A stretch of 64,000 bases of DNA from an uncultured Spirochaetota bacterium (GCA_963820525.1 CAWGAA010000003.1:320001-384000), one strand, 5' to 3'; positions 46,182-58,460 are shown, counted from the stretch's first letter. Numbers and translations: made by a program. Notes: a model not told the origin generated them from the sequence alone.

Positions 46182-46188
46182 TGCTCGA

Positions 46189-47751
46189 CTAGTGGTGGTG
46201 CCTGCCCTTGTGCCTCTTGTGATGATGGCGGTAGGCCTGCTTCTGCCCTCCGGGGAACGAGAGGATCTTTTCCTGCGGGGCTTGGGCCTGCTGGCCGTCC
46301 TGGGCGGTGGGCTCGGCTTCCGCAGTCTGTCCGCCGTCCGAGCCGGCTTCTACGGCTCCCGCGGGGGCTTCCTGGGGCGCTGTCCGGGATGTCGCTGAGG
46401 CGAGCTCGACGGGGGCCTCCTCGGCTTCCGCTTCCACCTCTTCGGCCTCCAGCTCCTCTTCCTTGGCGGCGGCCGGCTTCATCCCGTATTTTTCCTGCTC
46501 CAGCTTCTTCCTGCGGCGCTCCCTCCAGTTCTCCCATTCCAGGACTATGGGGGAGGCGATAAAGATCGTGGAGTAGCTTCCTTCCACGATGCCGACCAGC
46601 ATGTTGAGGGAGAAGATCTTCATGGATCCGGTTGTGAGGAGGAACAGGGAGAGAACCGTGAGAAGCGTCGCTCCCGAGGTTATGAACGTCCGGCCAAGGG
46701 TCTGGCTGACGCTCGTGTCGAGCATGGTCTCCAGGCCGGCCCCGCGCATGAGGTTGGAGTTCTCCCGCACGCGGTCGAATATGACGATCGTGTCATTGAT
46801 GGAATATCCGAGGATGGTGAGGATTGCGGCGATGGTTCCCGCGTCCATCTCGATGTGGAAAACCGAGTTGTAGGTGAGCATGACCAGCGCGTCGTGAACC
46901 AGCGCCAGGACCGCGGCCACGGCGTAGATGGGCTTGAAGCGGAACATCATGTAGATGAGGATCAGCACGACCGCGATCAGCACGAGCCAGATCGACTGCT
47001 TGGCCAGCGCCTGGGAGAGGCGGGGCCCGACGAAGTCCGTGCTCTTCATGAGAACCGAATCCGCTCCGAACTTCTCTCCCAGCAGCTCCTGCGCCCTGTT
47101 CTGCGTGGAAATCTGGAAGTTGGGGTCCTCGCTCTTCGCCTCCACCCGCGCTATGAACTCCTGGTCCGACGGCTTTCCGGCCACCTGAAGGTCGAGCTGG
47201 CCCATGGGCGCGAGAGCCGCCCTGACGTCGGCAATGCCCACCCTCTGGCCCGTGCCGGGCTGGGGCCGGGGCTGGACATTGAACGTGTACGGCTTGCCCG
47301 ATATGTCGGCCACGCTCACCGGCGGAATGATCTGCGAGGGCGGCATGCTCATGTCGCCCTTGGGCTGGACGGTGATGCCCGGAATCTTCGATGCAATAGC
47401 GTCGACCAAGTCCTTGACCGTCTTGTAGTCCTTGTAATGGAACGGAGAGGGCTGCTTTATTCCGGTCTGAGGATCCGTGACGGAAACGATGACGTCTCCG
47501 GCGGCGGTGAGGGCCTGCTCTCCGGAGGGCACCGAGACCTCGGCCTTTCCGGGGCCCGTGTACTGCAGGGCGAAGCTGGCCGGAGCGATCTGGAACTGCA
47601 TCGCGATTCCGGCCTTGAAATCCACCCCGAGGTTGAAGCCGCGGAAGAGGTAGAACGCGCCGCCCGTGATGAAGATGGAGGCCGAGATGGCGAAGAAGAT
47701 GTAGCGCGTGCGCTGGAAGCGGATTACCCTTTTCATGCGATCTTTCTCCAC
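46189..47751 (-). CDS. secF: Protein translocase subunit SecF
   Basis: LGVDFKAG, GYSINDTIVIFDRVREN; start may be 47736. Confidence 0.93.
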   Translation of the reverse strand: MEKDRMKRVIRFQRTRYIFFAISASIFITGGAFYLFRGFNLGVDFKAGIAMQFQIAPASFALQYTGPGKAEVSVPSGEQALTAAGDVIVSVTDPQTGIKQPSPFHYKDYKTVKDLVDAIASKIPGITVQPKGDMSMPPSQIIPPVSVADISGKPYTFNVQPRPQPGTGQRVGIADVRAALAPMGQLDLQVAGKPSDQEFIARVEAKSEDPNFQISTQNRAQELLGEKFGADSVLMKSTDFVGPRLSQALAKQSIWLVLIAVVLILIYMMFRFKPIYAVAAVLALVHDALVMLTYNSVFHIEMDAGTIAAILTILGYSINDTIVIFDRVRENSNLMRGAGLETMLDTSVSQTLGRTFITSGATLLTVLSLFLLTTGSMKIFSLNMLVGIVEGSYSTIFIASPIVLEWENWRERRRKKLEQEKYGMKPAAAKEEELEAEEVEAEAEEAPVELASATSRTAPQEAPAGAVEAGSDGGQTAEAEPTAQDGQQAQAPQEKILSFPGGQKQAYRHHHKRHKGRHHH

Positions 47752-49463
47752 CCGACGACGATCCGTTTTACCTTGAGGACCTCGACGTTGAAATCGAAGA
47801 TGAGCCGCGAGACGAAGACCGCTGCGAACAGGGTCGAGACGTTTCCGATCATGAGCGTCATGGCGAAGCCCTGGATGCTGCCCTTGGCGAGCTGGGACAG
47901 AACCAACGCAGCGATGATCGTGGTGATGTTGGAGTCCGCGATGGCCCAGAAGGCCCTTTCGAAGCCCGCCTTTACCACGGCCGCCGTGGACTTGCCCAGC
48001 TTCATCTCCTCCTTCATGCGCTCGAAGATGAGCACGCTCGCGTCCACGGCCATGCCGACGTTGAGCACGAGGCCGGCGATTGCCGTGAGGGTGAGGGTGA
48101 AGTTGAATACGGACAGGATGGCCACGATGAAGTAGAGGTTGAGCAGCTGGGCGATGATGGCGTTCAGCCCGGACCTGCGGTAGTAGGCGAGCATGAAGAG
48201 GAACACGAGCCCCAGGCCCAGGGCGCTGGCGTTCACCCCCTGGTTGATTGCGTCTTCACCGAGGGAGGCTCCAATGGCCTGCTGGCTGATGATCTCCAGG
48301 GGAACGGGGAGGGAGCCGGTGCGGAGCACGCGGGCAAGGTCCTGCGCCTCGTCCTCCTTGAAGCCCGTCACCCGGACCTGGTCCCTGATGGGCTCGCTGA
48401 TCCTCGCCTGGGCCTTCACCTTGTTGTCCAGGGCAACGGCGAGGAGCTTGCTCACGTTGGCGCTGGTGAGCTTGTAGAACTCTTCTCCGCCCTGGGCCGT
48501 GAGCACGAAGTTGACCGTGGGCTGCCCCGAGATGGGATCTCGTGCCACCTGGGCATCGCGGATCTCGGTCCCGCTCAGGCCCACATCCTGGTAGAGCACG
48601 GTATAGCCTTTCAGCTCGTCCAGGCCGTAGGCGTCGTTCTGATAGACCCCGTAGAGCTGGTCTCCCTTGGGGATGAGCTCCGCCACCTTGGGGTCCCTGA
48701 CGTTCCCCGCGGCATCCAGGAGCACGCTCCCGGTCTGGGATTCATACTCCCGCACCTTGGTGACGGCGTCCTGGTCCACGATGTGGAAGGTGAGCAGGCC
48801 CTTGCCCATGACGAAGCTTCTCACCTTCTCGGGGTCCTGCGTGCCGGGGATCTCGATGACTATCTCCTCGGTGCCCTGCCTGCGGATGGAGGGCTCGGTG
48901 AGACCGAACTGGTCGATGCGGTTTCGAAGCGCCTCGAGGGCGCCGTTCATCTTGTCTTCTTTTTGAGCGTCGGTGAGCTTCTGGCCCGAGGTCTTTTCCA
49001 GGGCGGCGAAGTCGGCGCGGAGCACCACGTACATGCCGCCGCGCAGGTCCAACCCGAGCTGCAGCGTCCTGTTTCTGAGGTCCTTGAGCGCCAGGATCCG
49101 GGCGCGGTAGTAGTCCTCGATGTCCGAGGAGAGGTCGCTCCTGCTCGCATACGCCGAAAGCGCGTCCCGCACGTGCCACGAGGCGGGGCTCGGGGTATGG
49201 GCCTCCGCGTAGCGCGCCTCGGCCTTGGGGATGAGGAAATTCTCCTCGGCGGGCAGTGGATCATCCGGGTTCATGGCAACGAGCTTCTTGATGATCTCGT
49301 CCGCTTTTTCCTGCGCGTAGACCCTGATCTGGTTGCGCGAGCTCTCGGCGATCGACTTTTCGCTCAGGGGTACAATGAAGTACCATCGCAGCGAGGGCCA
49401 GAGAAAATAGAAACCGACCGCCATGAGGGCGACCGTGAGGAGCAACCGATACCGCTTCTTCAT
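47733..49463 (-). CDS. secD: Protein translocase subunit SecD
   Basis: LGLDLRGG, RIDQFGLTEP, GMAVDASVLIFER. Confidence 0.95.
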   Translation of the reverse strand: MKKRYRLLLTVALMAVGFYFLWPSLRWYFIVPLSEKSIAESSRNQIRVYAQEKADEIIKKLVAMNPDDPLPAEENFLIPKAEARYAEAHTPSPASWHVRDALSAYASRSDLSSDIEDYYRARILALKDLRNRTLQLGLDLRGGMYVVLRADFAALEKTSGQKLTDAQKEDKMNGALEALRNRIDQFGLTEPSIRRQGTEEIVIEIPGTQDPEKVRSFVMGKGLLTFHIVDQDAVTKVREYESQTGSVLLDAAGNVRDPKVAELIPKGDQLYGVYQNDAYGLDELKGYTVLYQDVGLSGTEIRDAQVARDPISGQPTVNFVLTAQGGEEFYKLTSANVSKLLAVALDNKVKAQARISEPIRDQVRVTGFKEDEAQDLARVLRTGSLPVPLEIISQQAIGASLGEDAINQGVNASALGLGLVFLFMLAYYRRSGLNAIIAQLLNLYFIVAILSVFNFTLTLTAIAGLVLNVGMAVDASVLIFERMKEEMKLGKSTAAVVKAGFERAFWAIADSNITTIIAALVLSQLAKGSIQGFAMTLMIGNVSTLFAAVFVSRLIFDFNVEVLKVKRIVVGWRKIA

Positions 49464-49472
49464 GGAATGCCT

Positions 49473-49838
49473 TTACTCCTTGGACTCTCCCGGCTCTTCC
49501 TTGCGTTCCAGCACCTGGGAGATGGCCCCCTTGTTGAACTCGATCTTCGTGGTGTCGTCTACCTTGAGCACAACCGCGTCATCCTTGACGGAGACGACGG
49601 AACCGCGCAGCCCGCCGATGGTGGCCACGCGGTCTCCCTTGTGCAGGGAGTCAAGCATCTTTTTGGCTTCCTTCTGCTTCCTGTTCTGGGGCCTGATCAT
49701 CAGGAAGTAGAACACGACGATGATCAGGGCGAACATGATCAGCGTCCCGTAGATGGAAACGCCGCCGCCCGTTCCCTGCCCGCCCGCACCTTGGGGCGCC
49801 CCCAACATCAGAGGGAGTAGATCGAATATGCGTGTCAT
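49473..49838 (-). CDS. yajC: Preprotein translocase subunit YajC
   Basis: FYFLMIRPQ, LHKGDRVATIGG; upstream of secDF. Confidence 0.95.
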   Translation of the reverse strand: MTRIFDLLPLMLGAPQGAGGQGTGGGVSIYGTLIMFALIIVVFYFLMIRPQNRKQKEAKKMLDSLHKGDRVATIGGLRGSVVSVKDDAVVLKVDDTTKIEFNKGAISQVLERKEEPGESKE

Positions 49839-49899
49839 AATTTGTCCTTATGATGAAGATGGATAACCGCGAAAACATACCACTAAATCAAAGAAAGCG

Positions 49900-50565
49900 T
49901 CAAGGCTGCTTCTTCTTTGCCTTGAGGGCGCGTGAAACGGAGCGCAGCCTGCGGCTGAAGATTCCCTCCACCCTGAGGGAAGCCTCGCGCACCTCCCGCA
50001 TCTTGCTAACGAGAAACTCCAGGGACGAGTCGAGCTTCTCCAGTTCCTCCAAGAGAAGTGCGTCAAGGTCCCCGGACGCCGCGCCGGGCTCCGGGCCCAT
50101 CAGGCGAAGGATGGTGCCGATCTCCGCAAGCGTGTAGTTGAAGGTCTGCAGGTCCTTGATGAAGGAGAGAAGCTGCACGTCCATGGGACGGTACAGCCGG
50201 AAGCCGCCCTCGGTGCGCCTGAAGGGCGCGATCAGCCCCTTCTCCTCCCAGAACTTGATGGTTCGGACGTTGATTCCGCTCCTCTCGGCAAGCTCCCCGA
50301 TGGTGAGAAACTCGCTCTTGGAGACGTACCTGCCCGTCTCGTCCTTGAGGGGAAGCCCGACGTTCTTCTTGATCTTGGCTATCTCGGAGAGCGCGTAGCC
50401 CAGGGAGCTGAACTTCTTGATCAACTCCCCCTCTTCCAGCGCGGACTCCGGGAAGAGGTCGGTGAGCCCGGGCAGCGGGGAGAGCAGATCGTTCTCGGTC
50501 CATTCCTCGAGCTCTCGAAGCGAGATGCGCAGCCTCTGGATGAGCTCCTGGCGGGTCAGCTCCAC
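49900..50565 (-). CDS. MerR family regulator with two HTH domains
   Basis: TIGELAERSGINVRTIKFWEEKGLI plus a degenerate N-terminal MerR HTH. Confidence 0.85.
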   Translation of the reverse strand: MELTRQELIQRLRISLRELEEWTENDLLSPLPGLTDLFPESALEEGELIKKFSSLGYALSEIAKIKKNVGLPLKDETGRYVSKSEFLTIGELAERSGINVRTIKFWEEKGLIAPFRRTEGGFRLYRPMDVQLLSFIKDLQTFNYTLAEIGTILRLMGPEPGAASGDLDALLLEELEKLDSSLEFLVSKMREVREASLRVEGIFSRRLRSVSRALKAKKKQP

Positions 50566-50576
50566 CGCGACGTCCT

Positions 50577-50870
50577 TCAGACCGTCGTGATCCTGTTGAC
50601 CCCTTCGGGAACCCCGAAGGTTCCATAGGTCCGGGTCAGCTCTTCCACCGTGGAGCAGCGGTGTTCGGTGCGCTGGTTGTAGATGGCAAGGACCTCGGCA
50701 AGCTCCTCCGGCTTTCCCGAGTAGAGCGCCGAGCAGACCGCCTGCTTGAAGAGTCCCGCCTCGGCGAGCTGTCTGGTGGAGTACGAGGCATAGCGCGAGC
50801 GAAGCTTTCCGTCGACGATCGCCGCGCTGCCCTCGTAGCCGATGCAGAATACGTAGTCCTCCCTGCGCAT
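50577..50870 (-). CDS. Hypothetical protein
   Basis: Host-like codon usage; start taken at MRREDY. Confidence 0.65.
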   Translation of the reverse strand: MRREDYVFCIGYEGSAAIVDGKLRSRYASYSTRQLAEAGLFKQAVCSALYSGKPEELAEVLAIYNQRTEHRCSTVEELTRTYGTFGVPEGVNRITTV

Positions 50871-50946
50871 GGCTCGATCTTGGCAGATAGCCAATAGATG
50901 TTCAAGTGAAGGGGATCGCCGGCGCCGGCGGGGCAAGCGGGGGTCA

Positions 50947-50978
50947 AAAAAAGGGGCGCCTTATCGGCGGCCCCTTGT
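50947..50978 (-). terminator. Intrinsic terminator after groEL
   Basis: AAGGGGCCGCC-GATAA-GGCGCCCC followed by T7. Confidence 0.8.
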
Positions 50979-50997
50979 CTCGAATGAAAGCCCTCAC

Positions 50998-52653
<1,656 letters not shown>

Positions 52654-52796
52654 TCACACTACAGTCTTATGTCAGCGAATGAATTGAAGCGCGTCGCTTT
52701 TGCATATAACATACAAAAGGATTCGAAGAGCATCAAGTGGTATTTTTTCGCCTCTTCGCACTTGACTTTCGAATCCCATCTGATAGAAAAGACGAA

Positions 52797-54464
52797 GTGA
52801 GAAGCAGGAGCGGGCGAAAAATCCTCCTTGGGCTCCAATGGGGCGGTCCATCATGGGAGCGGGCATCCGTATGGTGCTCTTCCCTGCTGCTCCGGCTCGA
52901 ACGGGTCCCCCTCCATTGGTGCTTTCCCGCAATTCCGCCTGACGGCCGGGGCGAGGCGGCGCGGCCCTTCATCCGAGCGGTAGCCGGCAGGCTCGATGAA
53001 GGCCTGGACAGGCTGGTTCCCATGGGCTTCGCCGGCGCGCTCCACCCCCTCCTCACCCTCGACGAGCTGGACAAGGAGCTTTGCTGGACAACGCGAAACC
53101 CCTGGTCTACGGGGGTGATGGACCTGTTCGACGCCAAACCCTCCGCCCTCGCCCCCCGGCTCTCGGATCTGGAAAGGCCGGCGGCGTTGGAGCTGTACCG
53201 TTCCAGCGGGTTCGGGCGGCTGTGCGTGGAACTCGAGCGCGCGGCCCGGCCTCGTTCGCTCGACGGCCTGACCCTCGTTCCCGTCATCCGGCTTGCTCCC
53301 CGGGCCGGTCCCGCGACCGAAACCTCGCGACGGATTCGGCGGGCAGCCGGACAGGACGCCCTGCTCATGATCGAGCTTTCCGCCTTCCCCTCGGAGCAGG
53401 CTTTTCAATCGTTCTTCGATGAGCTTCTGAAAGCCGTTTCTTCATCAGGGATCGTGCTCTCGACAATCGAGGACGTGGATGGGCGCGCGGGGACTTTGAC
53501 GCCGACATCCGCTCCCGGCGCTCCCTGGGATGAGCTGCCGGCGAGCCTTCTTCGACACAGGCTTTCCCTCGCCTCGGCTTATCAAAGGAAGAAAAAGAAA
53601 AAAAACGAGGATTACAGAAAGATCCTGAATCTCCTCGCCTTCCCCCCGGGCTTCGCCGAATCGCCGATGGAGGGAAACGCCGTTGCCCCTTCCGCCAGGA
53701 AAGACAATGGAAAAACCCTGGTGGCTCACATGCAGGGAGATGTGGCGCTTGCGGGAAGGGATTTCGACGTGAGGCTTTCCGGAGGAAGATTCAGCGGGAT
53801 CGTATACCGAGGAAGGTATTTGCTTCCGAACATTCCTGCCTCATCATTCATGACGATTTGCGGCAAAACGTTTCATTTCAAGACTCGAAGCTCGATTTCG
53901 TTCGAGGGCGACGATGGAACGGGACTCAGGGACGAGTTGTCGCTTGAGACTGGCAATGGGCGCCGGCATCGCGAGGCCGTGGATGCGAGCCGCTGCAACC
54001 TGGCTATCGAGTACGAGTTTCGAGGCGATGCGCCCGAGCTTTTCATCGGAGCGGTTCTCTCCTACCCGCTTTTCACGGCCGGCCAGATCGTCGAGGCTCT
54101 TGCCCCTCTGGCAATTCCACTGACCGAGCTTCGCGGACACGGCCCTGCCCGGGTGGAGGCGATCTGCCCGGACGGCTCCCGAGCGGTCCACGTAATCACG
54201 GAAAGGGACGGCTGGAAGCCGGTCTCGGCCATGACCTGGCTCGTGGAAGCTCAGGGGGCCAGGATCCTCCTGCACACCGCCCCCCCCGCCGAGAAGAGAT
54301 GGGGCCTGGGGTTCTTCCGCATAACAAGGAGCAGGAGGCGAAGGCTTCTGGAGGCGAACCCGTTCGGAAGCGCAATCCCGACGCCCGGGCCGCTGATCAG
54401 CGGAAAGACCGAGGCTTTCACTCTTTTCATTGGAATCGAAGAAGACCGGAAAGGCGCCGGTTGA
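52797..54464 (+). CDS. Hypothetical protein
   Basis: Long ORF filling the gap and abutting the HAD gene; start uncertain; no family recognised. Confidence 0.65.
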   Translation: MRSRSGRKILLGLQWGGPSWERASVWCSSLLLRLERVPLHWCFPAIPPDGRGEAARPFIRAVAGRLDEGLDRLVPMGFAGALHPLLTLDELDKELCWTTRNPWSTGVMDLFDAKPSALAPRLSDLERPAALELYRSSGFGRLCVELERAARPRSLDGLTLVPVIRLAPRAGPATETSRRIRRAAGQDALLMIELSAFPSEQAFQSFFDELLKAVSSSGIVLSTIEDVDGRAGTLTPTSAPGAPWDELPASLLRHRLSLASAYQRKKKKKNEDYRKILNLLAFPPGFAESPMEGNAVAPSARKDNGKTLVAHMQGDVALAGRDFDVRLSGGRFSGIVYRGRYLLPNIPASSFMTICGKTFHFKTRSSISFEGDDGTGLRDELSLETGNGRRHREAVDASRCNLAIEYEFRGDAPELFIGAVLSYPLFTAGQIVEALAPLAIPLTELRGHGPARVEAICPDGSRAVHVITERDGWKPVSAMTWLVEAQGARILLHTAPPAEKRWGLGFFRITRSRRRRLLEANPFGSAIPTPGPLISGKTEAFTLFIGIEEDRKGAG

Positions 54465-54466
54465 AG

Positions 54467-55117
54467 ATGGCGGGAATCGACTTTTTCGACGTGGACCACA
54501 CCATTACGCGGCGTTCGACGGGGGCCCGATTCATCACCCTGGCCATTCGGAGGGGGATCCTTCCGGCCCGCCTCCTGGCCATCCTTCCCTATTATACCTT
54601 TACATACCGCCTCGGGGTCTTTCGTCTTCGTAAGTACGCCGAGGGCTTCCCCTATCTCTGCGGAGTGGCGAAGAAGGATCTGGAAGACGTCGCGCGGGAG
54701 TGCTTTCAGACCTACCTGCGCACGGACGTTTTCCCCCAGGCGGTTTCCCTCATCGAAGAGAAGAAGAAGAGCGGAAGAAGGGTGGTGCTGGCCACTTCCT
54801 CCCTCGACATCATCGTGAAGCCGCTGGCCGAGTTCCTCGGGGTAAGCGCCACGATCGCGACGGCGCTCGAGTTCAACGACGGGGTGGCCACCGGGATGGT
54901 GAAGGGCGTGCCCATGTTCAGGCGGGAAAAACGCTCCCGGGTCCTTGAGTTCATCTCGGAGGCGGGGGAAAAGCGGGCTGATTGCTCCTTCTATTCCGAC
55001 AGCATCTACGACCTTCCGCTCCTGGAAGAGGTTGGAGATCCCGTGGCGGTGAACCCGGATTTCCGCCTGCGCAGAATCGCTCGACGAAGAAACTGGCGGA
55101 TCATCGACTTTCCCTGA
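54467..55117 (+). CDS. HAD-IB family hydrolase
   Basis: FFDVDHT, LATSS, FYSDSIYDLPLL..VAVNPD. Confidence 0.9.
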   Translation: MAGIDFFDVDHTITRRSTGARFITLAIRRGILPARLLAILPYYTFTYRLGVFRLRKYAEGFPYLCGVAKKDLEDVARECFQTYLRTDVFPQAVSLIEEKKKSGRRVVLATSSLDIIVKPLAEFLGVSATIATALEFNDGVATGMVKGVPMFRREKRSRVLEFISEAGEKRADCSFYSDSIYDLPLLEEVGDPVAVNPDFRLRRIARRRNWRIIDFP

Positions 55118-55844
55118 TCTCTCCCTGGGCAATCCTCCGCCGAGCGCCTCCCTCCACGACCACAAGCAAAGCCCCGTCCTGGTCCACCCCCTCCAGAACG
55201 CCCCGGACCGTCTCGCCGGACCCCGGCGCCTGCACGCTCACGGCGTGACCGCGAAGGCACAGACGGCGCTCCAGCTCTCCCATCCAGCCTCCGTCGGACA
55301 GCACCCGCTTCAGCTCTGCCAGGAGCCTGGCGCACGGCTCCAGTGGAGGGACCTCCCGGCCCGAGGCCTGCCGCAGGGAGCAGGCAATGTCCGCCAGCTC
55401 GTGGGGGAAAGAGGCCTGATTGCAGTTTAGGCCGACGCCGATTATCAGAAACCCGCCCCTGCTCTCGCAGAGGATCCCGCAAAGCTTCCTGCCCTGAAAC
55501 AGCACATCGTTCGGCCATTTCACCCCGGCGGGTCGGGAGAGCCAGGGGTCAACGGCCCGACAGACCGCAACCGCGCTGGAGAGGGGGAGCAGGGAGAGCG
55601 GGAAGCCGACCTCCCGCGGCTCGAGGACCACCGAAACAAGGAGGCTCTCCCAGGGAGACGAGACCCACTCCCTTCCGGGCACCCTCCCCCTGCCTCGCTC
55701 CTGATAGCCCGCGACCAGGGCCGTTCCGGAAGGATAGCCTTTTTGCGCGAGGGAGAGGGCATCGTCCATCGTGGAGGCCGTCCGCTCCTTCATGAAGACC
55801 CGGGCTCCCTCCCACGGGTTGGGCACCTTCAGGGTCATTTCCAT
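55101..55844 (-). CDS. birA: Biotin--protein ligase without HTH
   Basis: QERGRGR..W, KWPNDV, KLCGILCE, IGVGLN. Confidence 0.92.
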   Translation of the reverse strand: MEMTLKVPNPWEGARVFMKERTASTMDDALSLAQKGYPSGTALVAGYQERGRGRVPGREWVSSPWESLLVSVVLEPREVGFPLSLLPLSSAVAVCRAVDPWLSRPAGVKWPNDVLFQGRKLCGILCESRGGFLIIGVGLNCNQASFPHELADIACSLRQASGREVPPLEPCARLLAELKRVLSDGGWMGELERRLCLRGHAVSVQAPGSGETVRGVLEGVDQDGALLVVVEGGARRRIAQGEIRESR

Positions 55845-55886
55845 CTCTTCATTGACCTTGCACGATTTCTATACCATTTTTCTTCC

Positions 55887-57383
55887 ATGCAGGAAAACCC
55901 TCTCGCCGCGGGTCTTGGGCTTCCGCGCGAGCCGCCTCCCCTGTCGATGGTCATCTTCGGGGCGAGCGGGGACCTCACGCAGCGGAAGCTCATCCCTGCC
56001 CTCTTCTCGCTGTACCTCAAGGGCCACGTCCCGCGCCTGCGGGTCATCGGGTTCGCCCGGCGGGAGTGGACGGGGGATGAGTTCAAGAGGCTCGTCCGCT
56101 CGATGCTCGACACGGAGGAGTTCTCCCGCGCCAGCGCGGAGGTCAAGGCCGCCTTCACCGCGAACGTCGGCTACGTCCGCTCCTCATTCGAGTCGCCGGA
56201 CGGCTACCGCGCCCTGCGGGAGCTCTCTGCCGATCCCTCCAACCGCCTCTTGTACCTGGCCGTGCCGCCGGACAGCTACGAGACGGTCATCGACCGCGTC
56301 CGGGAGTCGGGCATCGCGGACCAGTCCCGCGGCTTCTGCCGCATCATCGTGGAGAAGCCCTTCGGACGGGACCTTCAGAGCGCGCGCAGGCTCAACGAGA
56401 GGATCTCCTCCGCGTTTCCCGAGGACAAGATCTTCCGCATCGACCACTACCTGGGCAAGGAGACGGTGCAGAACATCATGCTCCTGCGCTTTGGAAACGA
56501 GATTTTCGAGCCGGTCTGGAACAACCGCTACATCGACCACGTGCAGATCACCATGGCGGAGACCATCGGCGTGGAAAGCCGCGGCCGCTACTACGAGAGC
56601 GCCGGGGCCCTGCGGGACATGGTGCAGAACCACATGATGCAGCTGCTCTGTCTGGTGGCCATGGAGCCGCCGGTGGACCAGAGCCCCGACAGCATCCATG
56701 ACGAAAAGGTGAAGGTGCTGAAGTCCATCCAGCCCATACGCGCCGAGCGGGTGGAGACAGAGACTGTTCGCGCACAGTACGCCCGGGGGATCGTCGGAGG
56801 CTCGGATGTCCCCTCCTACCGCGAGGAACAGGGGGTGGACCCCGCCTCCCCGGTGGAGACCTACGCGGCGGTGCGGGTCCACCTCGACTCCTGGCGGTGG
56901 GCGGGCGTGCCGTTCCTCCTCAGAACGGGAAAGAGGCTCTCGCGGCGGACCACGGAGATCTCCATCAACTTCAAGCGGCCGCCCCTCGCCCTGTTCGGCG
57001 ACAGGAGGCTTTCACCTCCGCCCAATGTCCTGGTGATCCGGGTCCAGCCCCGCGAGGGAATCACCATGAGCTTCAATGCCAAGGTCCCGGGCTACGCGAC
57101 GGACATGCGGACCGTCAACATGGACTTTTCCTACGGTTCGGCGTTCGGCGACGAGCTTCCCGAGGCATACGAGAGGCTCCTCCTGGACGCCATGGTGGGA
57201 GATTCCACCCTGTACATGCGCGCGGACGAGGTGGACTCGGCGTGGCGCTTCATCACGGATATACTGGACGGATGGAGCGGGCGCGGCAGGCCCGCGCTCT
57301 CCTTCTACCGGGCGGGCAGCTCGGGGCCGGAGGAGGCGGCGCAGCTGATGGGAGACGAGGAGAGAAGATGGCGCAGACTCTAG
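55887..57383 (+). CDS. zwf: Glucose-6-phosphate 1-dehydrogenase
   Basis: GASGDLT, EKPFG, RIDHYLGKE. Confidence 0.97.
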   Translation: MQENPLAAGLGLPREPPPLSMVIFGASGDLTQRKLIPALFSLYLKGHVPRLRVIGFARREWTGDEFKRLVRSMLDTEEFSRASAEVKAAFTANVGYVRSSFESPDGYRALRELSADPSNRLLYLAVPPDSYETVIDRVRESGIADQSRGFCRIIVEKPFGRDLQSARRLNERISSAFPEDKIFRIDHYLGKETVQNIMLLRFGNEIFEPVWNNRYIDHVQITMAETIGVESRGRYYESAGALRDMVQNHMMQLLCLVAMEPPVDQSPDSIHDEKVKVLKSIQPIRAERVETETVRAQYARGIVGGSDVPSYREEQGVDPASPVETYAAVRVHLDSWRWAGVPFLLRTGKRLSRRTTEISINFKRPPLALFGDRRLSPPPNVLVIRVQPREGITMSFNAKVPGYATDMRTVNMDFSYGSAFGDELPEAYERLLLDAMVGDSTLYMRADEVDSAWRFITDILDGWSGRGRPALSFYRAGSSGPEEAAQLMGDEERRWRRL

Positions 57384-58447
57384 GCACGGCCCTCGACCCG
57401 CGCCTCATCGAGGAGGAGATTTCCCGGGTCCGCGAGCGGGAGTCGGACCCGTATGTGGCGGGGACGAGAACATCGCTTTTCAATCTCGTCATTTTCCGTT
57501 CCGGGGGCGCCGGAGGCGGAGCCGCCGCGGGGGGCGGAGCCGCCGGCACACGGGATCCCGTTACGACGGCTCTCGATTCACTGTTGGGAAAAAGGCCGGC
57601 GCGGATCATCTCGATGGAGGAGGGCGGCGGGGAACGCACATCCGTTTTTGTGAGCGGGCGCTGCTTTCCCGACGTCCGAAACCGCGGGGTCTGCTTCGAG
57701 GAGATCCGCATCCAGAACGGGGCTGACGGTCTGGGCAGAGACCTGGGCACATGGTCTCCCCTGCTCATCAGGGACCTTCCGGTCTTCGTCTGGTGGCTGG
57801 ACCGCCTTTCGCCGCTTCCGCCCCTCCTCCTCCAGGCGGCGGAGCTTATTGACAAGCTCCTGGTCGACACGGCTTACTGCCTCTCTCTTGGTGAAAGCCC
57901 CCTCACGGGGCTCGGAGAGCTTGCCCGGCTGCGCGCCCGGACGCGGGGCATTGTCACGGTTTCGGATCTCGCATGGAGGCGGATCTTGCCGCTCCGGCTG
58001 CACGTGGCCCGCCTCTTCAACCCCGAGGAAGCGCGGTCCAGGCTGGACAAGATTTCGCGCGTCTCGCTTTCGGGGGGGTCGCGCGCCGAGGCCCTTCTGT
58101 TCTTCCTCTGGCTGGCGGCGCGGCTGGGCTGGAAGGCTCGGAGGATGGGGGGTCCGTCCACCTCCTTCCTCGACCCATCGGGCGGGAGAATCGAGGCCGT
58201 TCAGCAGAAGGAGGCGGCGCTGGACGCCGGATTCGGCGTGGGTTTCTCCTTCAGCGACGCGGGGCGCGATTTGAAGCTCTCCTGCGGCGCCGGCGGATGC
58301 GTCGAGATGGGAGACGAGAAGGGAGTATACCGCTTTCTGGAGGACGGGGAGCTGCTCCTCCAGGAGGTGGACGGCTTCAAGCAGGATCCGCTCCTCATCG
58401 AGGCCATTGAGGCGGCCTCCGGGATCCCGGCGGCCGGCCCGGCGTGA
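57368..58447 (+). CDS. opcA: OpcA-like G6PDH assembly/activator protein
   Basis: Between zwf and pgl; DLPVFVWW, LLVDT, SDLAWRR, WLAARLGW. Confidence 0.8.
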   Translation: MAQTLGTALDPRLIEEEISRVRERESDPYVAGTRTSLFNLVIFRSGGAGGGAAAGGGAAGTRDPVTTALDSLLGKRPARIISMEEGGGERTSVFVSGRCFPDVRNRGVCFEEIRIQNGADGLGRDLGTWSPLLIRDLPVFVWWLDRLSPLPPLLLQAAELIDKLLVDTAYCLSLGESPLTGLGELARLRARTRGIVTVSDLAWRRILPLRLHVARLFNPEEARSRLDKISRVSLSGGSRAEALLFFLWLAARLGWKARRMGGPSTSFLDPSGGRIEAVQQKEAALDAGFGVGFSFSDAGRDLKLSCGAGGCVEMGDEKGVYRFLEDGELLLQEVDGFKQDPLLIEAIEAASGIPAAGPA

Positions 58448-58460
58448 CAGGCGCGCGCTC

